This document shows positions 37,748 to 47,394 of a stretch of DNA of 64,000 bases, one piece after another. The position numbers and the translations under genes were made by a program. The DNA lies in the NCBI GenBank assembly GCA_002415345.1, contig DHXV01000001.1:484111-548110 (forward strand), given 5' to 3'. Positions within the stretch are counted from its first letter, which is position 1, and every line of letters starts with the position of its first letter. Source of the stretch: Patescibacteria group bacterium UBA5147. GTDB lineage: Bacteria > Patescibacteriota > Saccharimonadia > UBA4664. Below the pieces are notes generated by a model. It was not told the origin of the DNA, did not search any database, and worked only from the letters and a program-made list of their open reading frames with translations.

Positions 37748-37989
37748 CTTGCGCCCTTCTTAATCCGATGGTCTAGTTATACACAGGCCGCTTAAATATC
37801 TGTATTCTGGGTCAGCGGCTGGAAAATTATGCCTACAAAAAGAAGAAAGGGCTTTGGCAAGCCCTTTCTAAGGTAATGGAGTATGTTCTTTTTTGTGTTG
37901 AGTACTTTTTGTGTGCAGGTACCTGTAAGTAGAATAACGCTCACGCTTACACTCGTCAAGCAGTTTTACCCACCTTTTTGTGCTTATGC

Positions 37990-38430
37990 TTATCGGCGGA
38001 CAGTGCGGGCCAAATCGCGATCGTTTTCACGACGTTTTATGGTCTCCCGTTTGTCGTATTGTTTCTTGCCGCGGCCGATGCCGATTTCCAATTTTAAGAG
38101 CCCTCGCTCCAGAAGCAGGGCCGTCGGAACAACGCTGTATCCATCCTTTTTTTGTTCCACCAAATGGCTTAATTGTTTGCGATGGAGCAGCAGTTTGCGA
38201 TTGCGCAGCGGGTCGATATCGGCTTTGTTATATGCGTTGGCATATGGGGTAATGTGGGCGTTGGTTAAGAAAGCTTCGCCGTCCCTCAGGAAAACGAAGG
38301 AGCCTTTAAGGCTGGCATGGCCCGCTTTGACGCTTTTGACTTCGTCGCCGCTCAGCACTAAGCCGGCCACGAGCCGCTCGATGAGCTCGTAGTCGTAAGT
38401 GGCCCGCTTATTTTTGGCGAGTAGTTTCAT
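37990..38430 (-). CDS. smpB: SsrA-binding protein SmpB
   Basis: NKRATYDYELIERLVAGLVLSGDEVKS...C-terminal KRRENDRDLAR tail. TAGGAT -10 box 6 nt before the ATG. Confidence 0.9.
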   Translation of the reverse strand: MKLLAKNKRATYDYELIERLVAGLVLSGDEVKSVKAGHASLKGSFVFLRDGEAFLTNAHITPYANAYNKADIDPLRNRKLLLHRKQLSHLVEQKKDGYSVVPTALLLERGLLKLEIGIGRGKKQYDKRETIKRRENDRDLARTVRR

Positions 38431-38492
38431 GCTGTTATCCTAGCAGATTGGCGAGGGAAGCGGCTAAAATTGGTTCACCCCTGCGAAAGCGC

Positions 38493-38507
38493 TATAATAA
38501 GCCAATG
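38493..38507 (+). promoter_or_regulatory. Leaderless promoter of argS (TATAAT, 6 nt, ATG)
   Basis: gcTATAATaagccaATG. Confidence 0.55.
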
Positions 38508-40334
38508 ACTACCAACCCCAGCCAACCCAGTTTCATAGGTTACTCCGGCCTCACAGCCCAACTGGAAGCCTGGCGGGGCACAAACCTCCCACAAACGGCG
38601 CCGCAGTGGCAAACCCCGCCGGACCTGATCCGCGGCATCTTGACCTCGAATCTCGCCTTTCGGGCGGCCAAGGACAGCGGCAAAAATCCCGTTACACTGG
38701 CAACCGAACTTGCGGCCGACCTCGGCGCCTTTATTGCCCAATCCAAACTGCCTGTGACGGCCGAAGCGGTAGGACCGTATCTGAATATCCGGCTGGAAGC
38801 AGAATTTTACCCCGCTCTCCTTACGGCGGAACTGACAACAAACCTGATGGAAACCGATTCCCGGTCCGTCATGCTGGAATACATCGGCGCCAACGTAGCC
38901 AAGCGGCTCCATGCCGGCCACATGCGCAACCTCAATATCGGTGACGCTCTGCGACGTATCCTGGAGCTGAAATACCCGAATCTCATCACCGACAACCACT
39001 GGGGCGACTGGGGGGTTCAGTTCGGCGTGCTGTTATGGGCCTACCGGCAGAATGTCGATCAGGCGGCGTATAAGGCCAGTCCTCTCGATGAACTCCAACG
39101 GCTCTATGTCTGGGGAAACGCCCAGGAAGATACTGTCCCGAACTGGGCGCAACTGGTACGCGCTGAATTCGTGAAACTGGAGCAGGGCGACGCGGGGAGC
39201 CGGGCGCTGTGGGAAGAATTCGTTACCATATCCAAGCGGGAGCTGGCCCACGACCTGGAGCTCTTCGGAGTCCCTCCAACCGACCTGGAGCAAGGTGAAA
39301 GCTTTTATGAGTCCGACATGCAAAGCCTGCGCGAGTTCATGGATACTCGTAATTTGTGGCATTCGGAAGGGGAAGCCCGGTATGTCGATTTTGAGGAACT
39401 GGCGGATTTATGGGAAGGCATCGATAAGCCCCTTCAGGCGAGCGTCGCGACTTTTGGCCGGTGCTACCTTATCAGCTCCAACGGGTACACGACCTATGCC
39501 TTCCGTGACGTGGCCGCCAGGCTCCAATGGGCGCGCGATCACAAAATAGATTTGGCCATCACTGTCACCGATAAGACCCAGGCCCATAACTTCAATCAGG
39601 CGTTTGCGATAATCTGTTATCTGGCAACCTTGCCGGCCTTCGCCGAGCGCTATGGTGCAGTAACGGCCGCACGGCTGAAGTGGGACCGGCTGGTCCATAT
39701 CGGCTACGGGTTCCTCCAATTAGCTAGTGGCAAGATGAGTACCCGGCTTGGCAACGTTCTGGGACTTCCCGAACTGGTGGGTGAGGTCAGCCAAGCCGCC
39801 GCCGCCGCCATCAGTACCCGTTCTCCGGAGCTTCCGGCAAGCCAACGCGACCAGCGTGCGCACGCGGTAGCATTGGCCTCTCTCAAATGGGCCGATCTTA
39901 ACCGGGATCCGCTCACCGACGTAACCTTAGACCCTGAGGCCATAACCCGCTTCGAGGGTAATACCGGGACTTATGAGCTCTATACCTACGCTCGTCTGCG
40001 GAATGTCCTGCGTCGCGCCGGATTCGCACCCAATCTTAAACTGACAGGGGAGAATCAACTGAGCGCTGATCAATACCATCTGTTGGATATCCTATACACA
40101 TTCCCGGGTGTCATCAAGGTTGCCGCGGCCGAATACCGACCCAATCTTATCGCCGCATACGTCTACAATCTGTCGGATGTTGCCAACCGCTGGTACGTGG
40201 CTTCGCCGAAGATCCTGGAATTGGGCCAAGACGATAGCCGGCGTGCGGCTTCATTGCTCCTAATCGATCAAGTCACGACACAATTGGCATTCGGTTTGTC
40301 GCTTCTAGGCATCAACACGGTTGAAGAGCTGTAG
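38505..40334 (+). CDS. argS: Arginine--tRNA ligase
   Basis: HAGH (HIGH variant), GDWGVQFG, and a C-terminal anticodon-binding domain. Start moved to MTTNPS. Confidence 0.85.
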   Translation: MTTNPSQPSFIGYSGLTAQLEAWRGTNLPQTAPQWQTPPDLIRGILTSNLAFRAAKDSGKNPVTLATELAADLGAFIAQSKLPVTAEAVGPYLNIRLEAEFYPALLTAELTTNLMETDSRSVMLEYIGANVAKRLHAGHMRNLNIGDALRRILELKYPNLITDNHWGDWGVQFGVLLWAYRQNVDQAAYKASPLDELQRLYVWGNAQEDTVPNWAQLVRAEFVKLEQGDAGSRALWEEFVTISKRELAHDLELFGVPPTDLEQGESFYESDMQSLREFMDTRNLWHSEGEARYVDFEELADLWEGIDKPLQASVATFGRCYLISSNGYTTYAFRDVAARLQWARDHKIDLAITVTDKTQAHNFNQAFAIICYLATLPAFAERYGAVTAARLKWDRLVHIGYGFLQLASGKMSTRLGNVLGLPELVGEVSQAAAAAISTRSPELPASQRDQRAHAVALASLKWADLNRDPLTDVTLDPEAITRFEGNTGTYELYTYARLRNVLRRAGFAPNLKLTGENQLSADQYHLLDILYTFPGVIKVAAAEYRPNLIAAYVYNLSDVANRWYVASPKILELGQDDSRRAASLLLIDQVTTQLAFGLSLLGINTVEEL

Positions 40335-40384
40335 AACCCGAAAAATGATGTAGGTCGCACAACGTAATCATCAGACGATGAGTA

Positions 40385-42427
40385 TTACTCTGTTTTAAAG
40401 CTGACCAGCCGACCGTCCACCAAGGCATACCCGGTTTGGAGTGCGCTATCATAGGCGGCATCGTATACTTCCTTGGTGCCGTTGAACGCGTACTGGCGGA
40501 TGAACAACAGACCGCTGGCGGTTGACCAGGTGCCGACATGCTTGGTTGATGGGGATACGGCAATGATAGAGTTCCCATCGGCGGATAGCTTGAGGATAGT
40601 ACTGCCGGATAATCCCGGAGGAACAACGACAGTCGTCTTGAGTACTCCTGCCAAGTATTGGGTCAGCTCCTTGTCCTTGAGTGTGTAGACATTGCCGTCG
40701 ATGGCCATTGCTTTGGAGTCCGCCAGGGTACGCGACTGGGCCACGGACAAGTAAACGATCTTTGGAGAAAACCCACTTAATGTTTTGACATGCTTATATA
40801 TTCCGTCGGAGGAGAGGATGTATAAGTTGCCCACATACGAGGCGATGGCCGACCCGCTTTCCCATTGATTGAGAGCCACCGCTTGAGCCGTCAGGGAATC
40901 GTCGGAGAAGCGGTAATACCAAACGGACGGTTCAGATGTGAGGAGGTACATGCCCAGGTTGTCACTGGATAGCGTTGTAGCTACAACAGCGCCTAATTTA
41001 GAAGTGTCTGCTAGGCTTTTTTTGATAGATTTTGTAGTAATGTTAACAACATAAATCATGGAATCGTTGTTTTTATCGATGAGGTAGGCATGGCCGCCAG
41101 ATACCTCCATGTGGGTCGGGTTAGCATTCTTTTGGCTTGATAGAGATATTATCGTTGAGACTTCGACTCGGTTCAACCCATCGAAACGATCGGCCAAGTC
41201 GCTCATTTGGGCGATTAGCGCTTCAACGGTCGAAGGCTCGCCGGCACTGAGGGTTGCGTGCTTAAGCCGGGTATTAAGACGTGACTTATCGCGGCCTGAT
41301 AACCCCGATATATCTTGTTGGGCCTGCTGCAGACTGGACTTGGCCGACACTGCGTCGGAACTGATAGCCGCCGCCTCGTACGTCTTATAGGCAGCCTCAT
41401 ATCGGGTCAGCAGCTTGGCACTCGCCGCCGAATCCAATGATTGTGAGGCCAGGACACTGCCGACAGCCAGCAGGGTTATCATGACGATGGCGGTTACACG
41501 CCGCCGGCGGGTAGTCGACAGGCTGCTACGCAACGTACCGGCGGCCGCGTATCCGGCGTGCTGCAAGTGCGGCTTGGTCTTGTTCCATCCGGCTTTAGCG
41601 GTGCTGCCGACAAGCTTGGTTGAGGCGATGGTCGCATCTTTAATCGGCACGGCGGCAAAACGGGCAGCTTCCAAGGTGGTTTCAGGAGTTCCCAGCTGGA
41701 TTTCACTTGGTTCGTCGCTGCGTACCTGAAGTGCGGCCTGTTCCGGCGTGGTCAGACCGATTATAAGGGCGGCAACCCGTTCGGTCGAAGCGTCCTTTAG
41801 CAGGTCGGTCAGTTCATTGATTGCGCGGGTCGGACTGTTGGTTGAGACGACCTCCTGGAGCCGCTTCAGTGGCAGCTGGTGGAACAGGGCGGGAGTCGCG
41901 ATGAGCAAACGGTCATCATCCTCCAGATTGCCGCTGGCGATGGAGCCGAAAGTCTTGGCGGGCCCACCGCTGCGTTCGGACGGATGAGCGGTGATGCGGG
42001 TACCGGATTTGCCGCGGTAAAGATATGCCTCTGAGGAACCGGTATGGCTGATATGAAGCTCCGACTCGTGCTGGACGGCGATGACGGCGCTCAGTTTGCC
42101 TATCCAGGCGGCGTTGCCCTGATTTATGTACTCCAGAAGTTCTCGGTTGACTATCTTGGTGGCCGTCTCGAAACGCGATAGGGGGTCGGCCGCCTGATTC
42201 TCCTCGTTGTAATACTGCTGGCCGAAGGACTCGATGATAAGATCCGCCACTTCTTCACTCTGGCGGCCGCCGGCAACCACTTCGATAACGACATAAAAAT
42301 TGCCGTAGGCGGCGGCCCGTTCGTCGCTCAGGGGTTCATAGGCATAGGCAGTAACAAAACTCGGCACTTGCTTCGGCCGTTTGGCGTAGGGGACGAGCTT
42401 AGCTGTTCGGGTAATAAGGTCTGCCAA
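40385..42427 (-). CDS. Large membrane-anchored protein: N-terminal cytoplasmic PP2C/SpoIIE-like domain (tentative), one TM, and an extracytoplasmic beta-rich region
   Basis: 680 aa with a central TM (VTAIVMITLLAVGSVLA). The N-terminal about 250 aa has Asp-rich motifs reminiscent of PPM phosphatases. Confidence 0.45.
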   Translation of the reverse strand: MADLITRTAKLVPYAKRPKQVPSFVTAYAYEPLSDERAAAYGNFYVVIEVVAGGRQSEEVADLIIESFGQQYYNEENQAADPLSRFETATKIVNRELLEYINQGNAAWIGKLSAVIAVQHESELHISHTGSSEAYLYRGKSGTRITAHPSERSGGPAKTFGSIASGNLEDDDRLLIATPALFHQLPLKRLQEVVSTNSPTRAINELTDLLKDASTERVAALIIGLTTPEQAALQVRSDEPSEIQLGTPETTLEAARFAAVPIKDATIASTKLVGSTAKAGWNKTKPHLQHAGYAAAGTLRSSLSTTRRRRVTAIVMITLLAVGSVLASQSLDSAASAKLLTRYEAAYKTYEAAAISSDAVSAKSSLQQAQQDISGLSGRDKSRLNTRLKHATLSAGEPSTVEALIAQMSDLADRFDGLNRVEVSTIISLSSQKNANPTHMEVSGGHAYLIDKNNDSMIYVVNITTKSIKKSLADTSKLGAVVATTLSSDNLGMYLLTSEPSVWYYRFSDDSLTAQAVALNQWESGSAIASYVGNLYILSSDGIYKHVKTLSGFSPKIVYLSVAQSRTLADSKAMAIDGNVYTLKDKELTQYLAGVLKTTVVVPPGLSGSTILKLSADGNSIIAVSPSTKHVGTWSTASGLLFIRQYAFNGTKEVYDAAYDSALQTGYALVDGRLVSFKTE

Positions 42428-42506
42428 GTCATAATTCTCTTTTCCATATTATACCACTTATGGTTGGTTTCCGTGCAAACATTCTGACGGCTGGTACAAT
42501 ACGGGT

Positions 42507-45425
42507 ATGGATATCACCCAAGCCCTTAATCAGCAGCAGAAAACCGCCGTGGAGCATGTTGATGGGCCTCAGTTGGTCGTTGCCGGGGCCGGCACGGGCA
42601 AGACTGCCGTCATTACCCAGCGGATAGCGAATTTGATTGCTCGGGGGAATGCCAAACCCACGCAAATTCTGGCCCTCACTTTCACGGAGAAGGCGGCACG
42701 GGAAATGGCCGACCGGTTGTACAGTCTGATAGGCTGGCAATCATTCAGTGTCGCAGTCATGACGTTCAATGCCTTCGGAAGTGCGGTCTTGAGTGAGTAT
42801 GCGGGGCATATTGGACGGAGCACCCGTGGTGGATTAATCAACGATACGCAAAAAGCGTTGTTCCTACAACAACGGTTTCACGAACTTGACCTGAAATATT
42901 ATGGCCTGCACAGCGATGTATTTGAATTCATGACAAAAATAGTCGGTTATATCGGCCGGTTGCAGAATGCAGGCATCACAACGGAGAAGTACCGCAGCTA
43001 CGTTGACGGGCTCGCGACCGACCCGGGAGAGCTGCATGCCACCGACGTATTGGAGCAACAGGATCTGGCCGCCATTTATGAGTTATATGAGACGATAAAA
43101 CGCGACACGGCTACCTTTGACTATTACGACCAATTGGCGCTGCCCCTGCATATATTGCAGGAGCGGCCGAACATCGCGGCGCGGCTGTCGTCCCGGTACA
43201 AGTTCGTCTTGGTTGATGAATATCAGGACACTAGCCCCGTTCAGGATGCACTGCTAAGGTGCATGGTACCACCGGATGGCAATCTGTTCGCGGTCGGCGA
43301 TGACGATCAAGCGATATACGGCTTTCGCGGGGCGGACATCGCCAACATCCTGCGCTTCACCGAGCACTTCAACGTGGAACGCCCGCTGGCGCTGATTCAG
43401 AACTACCGTAGCGGCCAGCCGATTCTGGACGCCGCTTATCGCCTGATCAAGGGCAATGACCCGGAGCGGCTTGAGGCCAAGCTGCATATCGACAAGCGGC
43501 TTATCGCCCAAACACCGGAGGCGACGGTGTTATTTCGGCCCTACGGTTCGCCGGCAGAGGAACAAACTGGCGTGGTGGGGGATATTGCGGCACGTATCGC
43601 CTCGGGCCAAAAGCCTGGCCAGCTGGCGGTTCTGGCACGTAGCAATGCTACCCTGCGGACCTATGCCAAGGCCCTGCGCGGCCGTGATGTGCCCTTTGCC
43701 ATCTCGACGGAGGTCAATATCTTTGAACAGCGCGAACTCATCAACCTGTGGTATCTCATGGAATGGATTGGTCACCGGGCTAGTGAAGAGGCCATCGCTC
43801 ACGTTGTGATGGGTCCGTTTGTCGGCTGGAAGGCCGCGAAGTGGCGGGAGGTTGTCGAGCAATCGGCCGCCGACCTATCATCCAGCGAGTCAACGCTGCG
43901 CTCACTGGCAGCGGCGGGTGACGAGGCCGCCGCCGGACTGCTGGCCAAGCTTGATACTTGGCGGGAATGGAGCGCCGCCGACAATGTCAGCAAGCTTGCC
44001 TACAACCTGGTCTTTGAACCGACCGCCGACGAGCGGACTTTGGCCGGGCGGCTGCAGGACTTGGCGAAAGCCTCCGAGGAAACGGGCAGCGAAGTTCGTG
44101 TCATGAGGGTCTTTGACGACCTGGCCCGCTTTTACGGCCAGATCGAAGATTACGTTATGGTGCAGGAACTGGCCGGTGGCGACCAATCGCTGGCCGGATA
44201 CCTAGTTCGCTTTCCTAAGCCGCCCACGTTGGAGGTGTCCGAGACCCTCGGCGACGAGGACGGGGTACAACTGCTGACGGTGCACGCCTCGAAGGGCCTG
44301 GAATTCGATACGGTGTACGTGGTTAACTCGACCGCCAAGTCATGGAGCGAGCCGCCCGGTATGGGCGGGCTGGAAGTGCCGGCCGAACTGACCTCCGGTG
44401 TCGACTTGCCGCCGGCGCATGAGCAGCGCCGCCTGATGTATGTTGCGGTTACCCGCGCCCGTAAAGAGCTCCTGTTGAGCGCACCCGTGGCTTCGCCAGG
44501 CGGTCAGCGCCAGGCGGTCAGCCCGCTTATCGAGGAGTTGCTGGGGCAGGCGCCCGATCTGGCCATTGACCGCCCTGAGGTCGACAAAGCCGACAAAATG
44601 ATGCAAAAATTACAACGATTTTACCCTCTGAAAACCGAATTGCCGGACCGATTGCCCTTTGAACGGGCCGATGGCTGGATTGAATTGGGGGTGGGCGCCC
44701 TGGAACGCTACGATACGAACCCTCACGACTTTTACCTGCAGAACGTGCTGAAAATCAGCCAACCATTCGGGCCGCAGCTGGCGTTCGGGTCGGCGATTCA
44801 CGGGACCATCCAAATGTTTTACGACGGCCAGCTCCACAGTGAAGCGGTCACGGTGGACGAGCTGTTGGCCCGGCTCGGTGAACTTTGGAGCGACCGCGGT
44901 TACGACAGCCGCGCGCAGGCAGACCTGGCACGCCGTCGTGCCGACGATACAATCCGTCGTTTCGTTGTACGCGAATCTACAACCGAGCGAACCATACGCT
45001 CCAGCGAGCAACCCATCACCTTGGAAATACCCGAGGCCAAGCTGCGGCTGCGCGGCCGGATGGATGCCACCTTTGGCGTCGGCGACGGCCTGGAAGTCCG
45101 CGATTTCAAAACCGGCTCCCTGCATGATGCCGAGAAGCTGGCCGAAAAAGCCAAGAAAAGCTTCCAATTGCGCACCTACGCCCTGGCCGTACAGGCGCTC
45201 ACCGGCACGGCGCCGGATTCAGTTACCCTGGACTACGTTGTTACGGGCGTTGAGGGCACCGCCAAACTGACACCGGCAATCCTCAAGAACCATCACGCCA
45301 AGCTTATAGACTTAGCCGCCCGCCTGCGCGCCCGCGACTTCGCCCCCAGAGCCCCGTCTGCCTTCAACCAGCCCGCCGCCTACAAGTACTACGGCAGCGA
45401 AGACGACGGAGACAGCGCGCTATGA
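42507..45425 (+). CDS. UvrD/PcrA-family helicase fused to a C-terminal PD-(D/E)xK (RecB-like) nuclease
   Basis: Walker A AGAGTGKT, motif II VLVDEYQDTS, and C-terminal GRMDA...EVRDFKTG. Confidence 0.85.
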   Translation: MDITQALNQQQKTAVEHVDGPQLVVAGAGTGKTAVITQRIANLIARGNAKPTQILALTFTEKAAREMADRLYSLIGWQSFSVAVMTFNAFGSAVLSEYAGHIGRSTRGGLINDTQKALFLQQRFHELDLKYYGLHSDVFEFMTKIVGYIGRLQNAGITTEKYRSYVDGLATDPGELHATDVLEQQDLAAIYELYETIKRDTATFDYYDQLALPLHILQERPNIAARLSSRYKFVLVDEYQDTSPVQDALLRCMVPPDGNLFAVGDDDQAIYGFRGADIANILRFTEHFNVERPLALIQNYRSGQPILDAAYRLIKGNDPERLEAKLHIDKRLIAQTPEATVLFRPYGSPAEEQTGVVGDIAARIASGQKPGQLAVLARSNATLRTYAKALRGRDVPFAISTEVNIFEQRELINLWYLMEWIGHRASEEAIAHVVMGPFVGWKAAKWREVVEQSAADLSSSESTLRSLAAAGDEAAAGLLAKLDTWREWSAADNVSKLAYNLVFEPTADERTLAGRLQDLAKASEETGSEVRVMRVFDDLARFYGQIEDYVMVQELAGGDQSLAGYLVRFPKPPTLEVSETLGDEDGVQLLTVHASKGLEFDTVYVVNSTAKSWSEPPGMGGLEVPAELTSGVDLPPAHEQRRLMYVAVTRARKELLLSAPVASPGGQRQAVSPLIEELLGQAPDLAIDRPEVDKADKMMQKLQRFYPLKTELPDRLPFERADGWIELGVGALERYDTNPHDFYLQNVLKISQPFGPQLAFGSAIHGTIQMFYDGQLHSEAVTVDELLARLGELWSDRGYDSRAQADLARRRADDTIRRFVVRESTTERTIRSSEQPITLEIPEAKLRLRGRMDATFGVGDGLEVRDFKTGSLHDAEKLAEKAKKSFQLRTYALAVQALTGTAPDSVTLDYVVTGVEGTAKLTPAILKNHHAKLIDLAARLRARDFAPRAPSAFNQPAAYKYYGSEDDGDSAL

Positions 45426-45907
45426 TCCGCGACGAAGCCTGGCTGCAGCAGCTGCTCGACGATACCTGGGATGAGCACTTCAGCGACGTGCTGCAGGAGA
45501 ATGACGTGCGGATAGTCTATGGCCGACGGGCGAAGCGCCGCCTGGGCAGCATCTCGCTGGATCCGAACGACCGGTCAACCAGCATCATCACCATGAACGG
45601 AATCTTCAAAGACGAGCGCATTCCGGAATTCGTGGTGGTGGCGACACTGGTACATGAGCTGACCCACTACGCCCACGGATTTAACTCGCCGCTGGCCCAG
45701 GCACAGACCCACCCCCACGCCGGAGGCGTTATGAGGCGGGAATACGACGAGCGCGGCCTCCTGCAGCTGTATCTGGACCAGAAAAAGTGGCTCAAGCTCA
45801 ACTGGCCGGAAGTAGTGGCCCGCGAATTCGCTCCGCGCCGGCGGACTTCTCCCGGGGTAGCGCGGATCGTCAAAGTCCCGAAGCCGTTCTGGTACATCGG
45901 CAGCTAA
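45422..45907 (+). CDS. SprT-like / DUF45-type HExxH zinc metallopeptidase-like protein
   Basis: HELTHYAH motif. ATGA overlap with the helicase gene. Confidence 0.55.
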   Translation: MIRDEAWLQQLLDDTWDEHFSDVLQENDVRIVYGRRAKRRLGSISLDPNDRSTSIITMNGIFKDERIPEFVVVATLVHELTHYAHGFNSPLAQAQTHPHAGGVMRREYDERGLLQLYLDQKKWLKLNWPEVVAREFAPRRRTSPGVARIVKVPKPFWYIGS

Positions 45908-45953
45908 GCTTGCCAGCCATGTAAGTTATCGGCTAAACTTAGTTCTGTCCTTA

Positions 45954-46029
45954 CGGGGTGTGGCGCAGTTGGTAGCGTGCTGTGTTCGGAACGCAGAGGT
46001 CGCAGGTTCAAGTCCTGTCACCCCGACCA
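45954..46029 (+). tRNA. tRNA-Pro (anticodon CGG)
   Basis: Same acceptor and T-arms as the GGG isoacceptor. Anticodon loop TTCGGAA. CCA encoded. Confidence 0.88.
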
Positions 46030-46045
46030 ATGTCTTAATACCAAT

Positions 46046-46085
46046 AAAATGCCTCTTCCCAGACTTTCGGGAAGAGGCATTTTAT
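46046..46085 (+). terminator. Terminator hairpin 1 after tRNA-Pro(CGG)
   Basis: AATGCCTCTTCCC...GGGAAGAGGCATT, a 13-bp stem. Confidence 0.6.
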
Positions 46086-46094
46086 ATAAGTAAC

Positions 46095-46125
46095 AAAAAA
46101 GACCGGTACTCATCGGTCTTTTTTC
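46095..46125. terminator. Terminator hairpin 2 (bidirectional)
   Basis: AAAAAAGACCG-gtactcat-CGGTCTTTTTT. Confidence 0.7.
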
Positions 46126-46278
46126 ACGGCCTGCACTTATCCTAGATAATAGCGGTAAATGTGATAAAACGCCAGCCCCCATTCTACGGGAAAATCCAGA
46201 AAAATATCAAAAAAACTACTCAATAAGCATAAGTAATATCGCTTTTATTGCATAAATTAGTTCTTCTAAAACTCTAAA

Positions 46279-47010
46279 TTACCGCAAACCGTTGGCGAAC
46301 TTCAGGGCGGTCAGGCGCTGCCAACGGAGTTCTTGCGGGGTTTTGGCGAACAGCGACAGCTCAGTGGGGCGGAAATCAAAGGACAGGGCCTCATCGATGA
46401 GCCGGCGTTCAAACTGCGTGGCTTCAGCGTCGGTGAGATGGTTGGAAACGGTTAGATGAGGCATGAATTGGCGATTGAGCCCGGTGAACGTATCCTGCCA
46501 CGACTCGGCTTCAACTCTTAGCAGTTGATGCACCTCGGCCAGCCAGTCGGTCTGGGACGGTTCAAGGTACAACACGTTCTGCTTGCGGGCGTGGAAGCGG
46601 CTGACACCGGAGAGCTGGATGGCAGCAGGCGCCTGGGGAAGCTCAAGCGATTGGAACAGTTCGACGGCCCGATCGTGACCGACAACCGCGGGACCCGGCG
46701 AGATGATAGTGATGTGGGGTTCTATCGTAATATGCCAGCGCTTATTTCGGTAAGTCTGCTGCAGATCCGCCAGTTTCGTGGCCAGTGGTTCGGGCATTGG
46801 AATCGCGACCATGTAGCGGGTTTCGTCCAACGGAGATGGCGCGGTCCTGATATTGGAGGAATTTAGCGCCGCCATGGTTTGTCGGATGGACTGCGGAATC
46901 GGCCGGCAGCCGCAAACGGCGGCGTGGCGGGTATGCCAGTCGATGCGCTGGGCAAGCGTCGGGCTTTTGGGCATGGGGTTGGCTTGGTGCCAGGAACGGT
47001 TGATATCCAT
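46279..47010 (-). CDS. 2H phosphoesterase superfamily protein (LigT/2'-5' RNA ligase-like), possibly starting at M67
   Basis: Two H-x-T/S-x motifs (HITIISP and HLTVSN). Confidence 0.6.
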   Translation of the reverse strand: MDINRSWHQANPMPKSPTLAQRIDWHTRHAAVCGCRPIPQSIRQTMAALNSSNIRTAPSPLDETRYMVAIPMPEPLATKLADLQQTYRNKRWHITIEPHITIISPGPAVVGHDRAVELFQSLELPQAPAAIQLSGVSRFHARKQNVLYLEPSQTDWLAEVHQLLRVEAESWQDTFTGLNRQFMPHLTVSNHLTDAEATQFERRLIDEALSFDFRPTELSLFAKTPQELRWQRLTALKFANGLR

Positions 47011-47341
47011 CGGTGATATTTTACGACATTAGGTTTAATTAGTGCCGGCTGATGTTTGAAAGGGCAGGGTGCGTACTTTCAGCAGTCTCAATTGTAATGA
47101 TAACGCCTCATGGTTGTTTTTGCGACAAGTGTTCGGGTCAGGGGAATGTCAGATGCCAGTGACAGCTGTTCGGTGCGTATGGCTGTGGATAACTAGGTGG
47201 AAAGGTTTGCTGCGCCGCAGATTCGATCAATAAAGGGGCAATATAGGGTCAGTTAGCCAGGCACAGCGGTATTAGATATTTATAAAGTGTGCTTATGCTA
47301 AGCCAAAATAGGGGATACCATAAGAATTTTAATAAAAACTG

Positions 47342-47370
47342 TTGACCCCTAAATCGTTTAGGGGTATATT
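47342..47370 (+). promoter_or_regulatory. marR promoter with an embedded perfect palindrome operator
   Basis: TTGACC, then CCCCTAAA-tcg-TTTAGGGG, then TATATT. The palindrome exactly fills the 17-nt spacer. Confidence 0.6.
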
Positions 47371-47394
47371 GTTAATGGAGTTAGTGAGTCAAAT

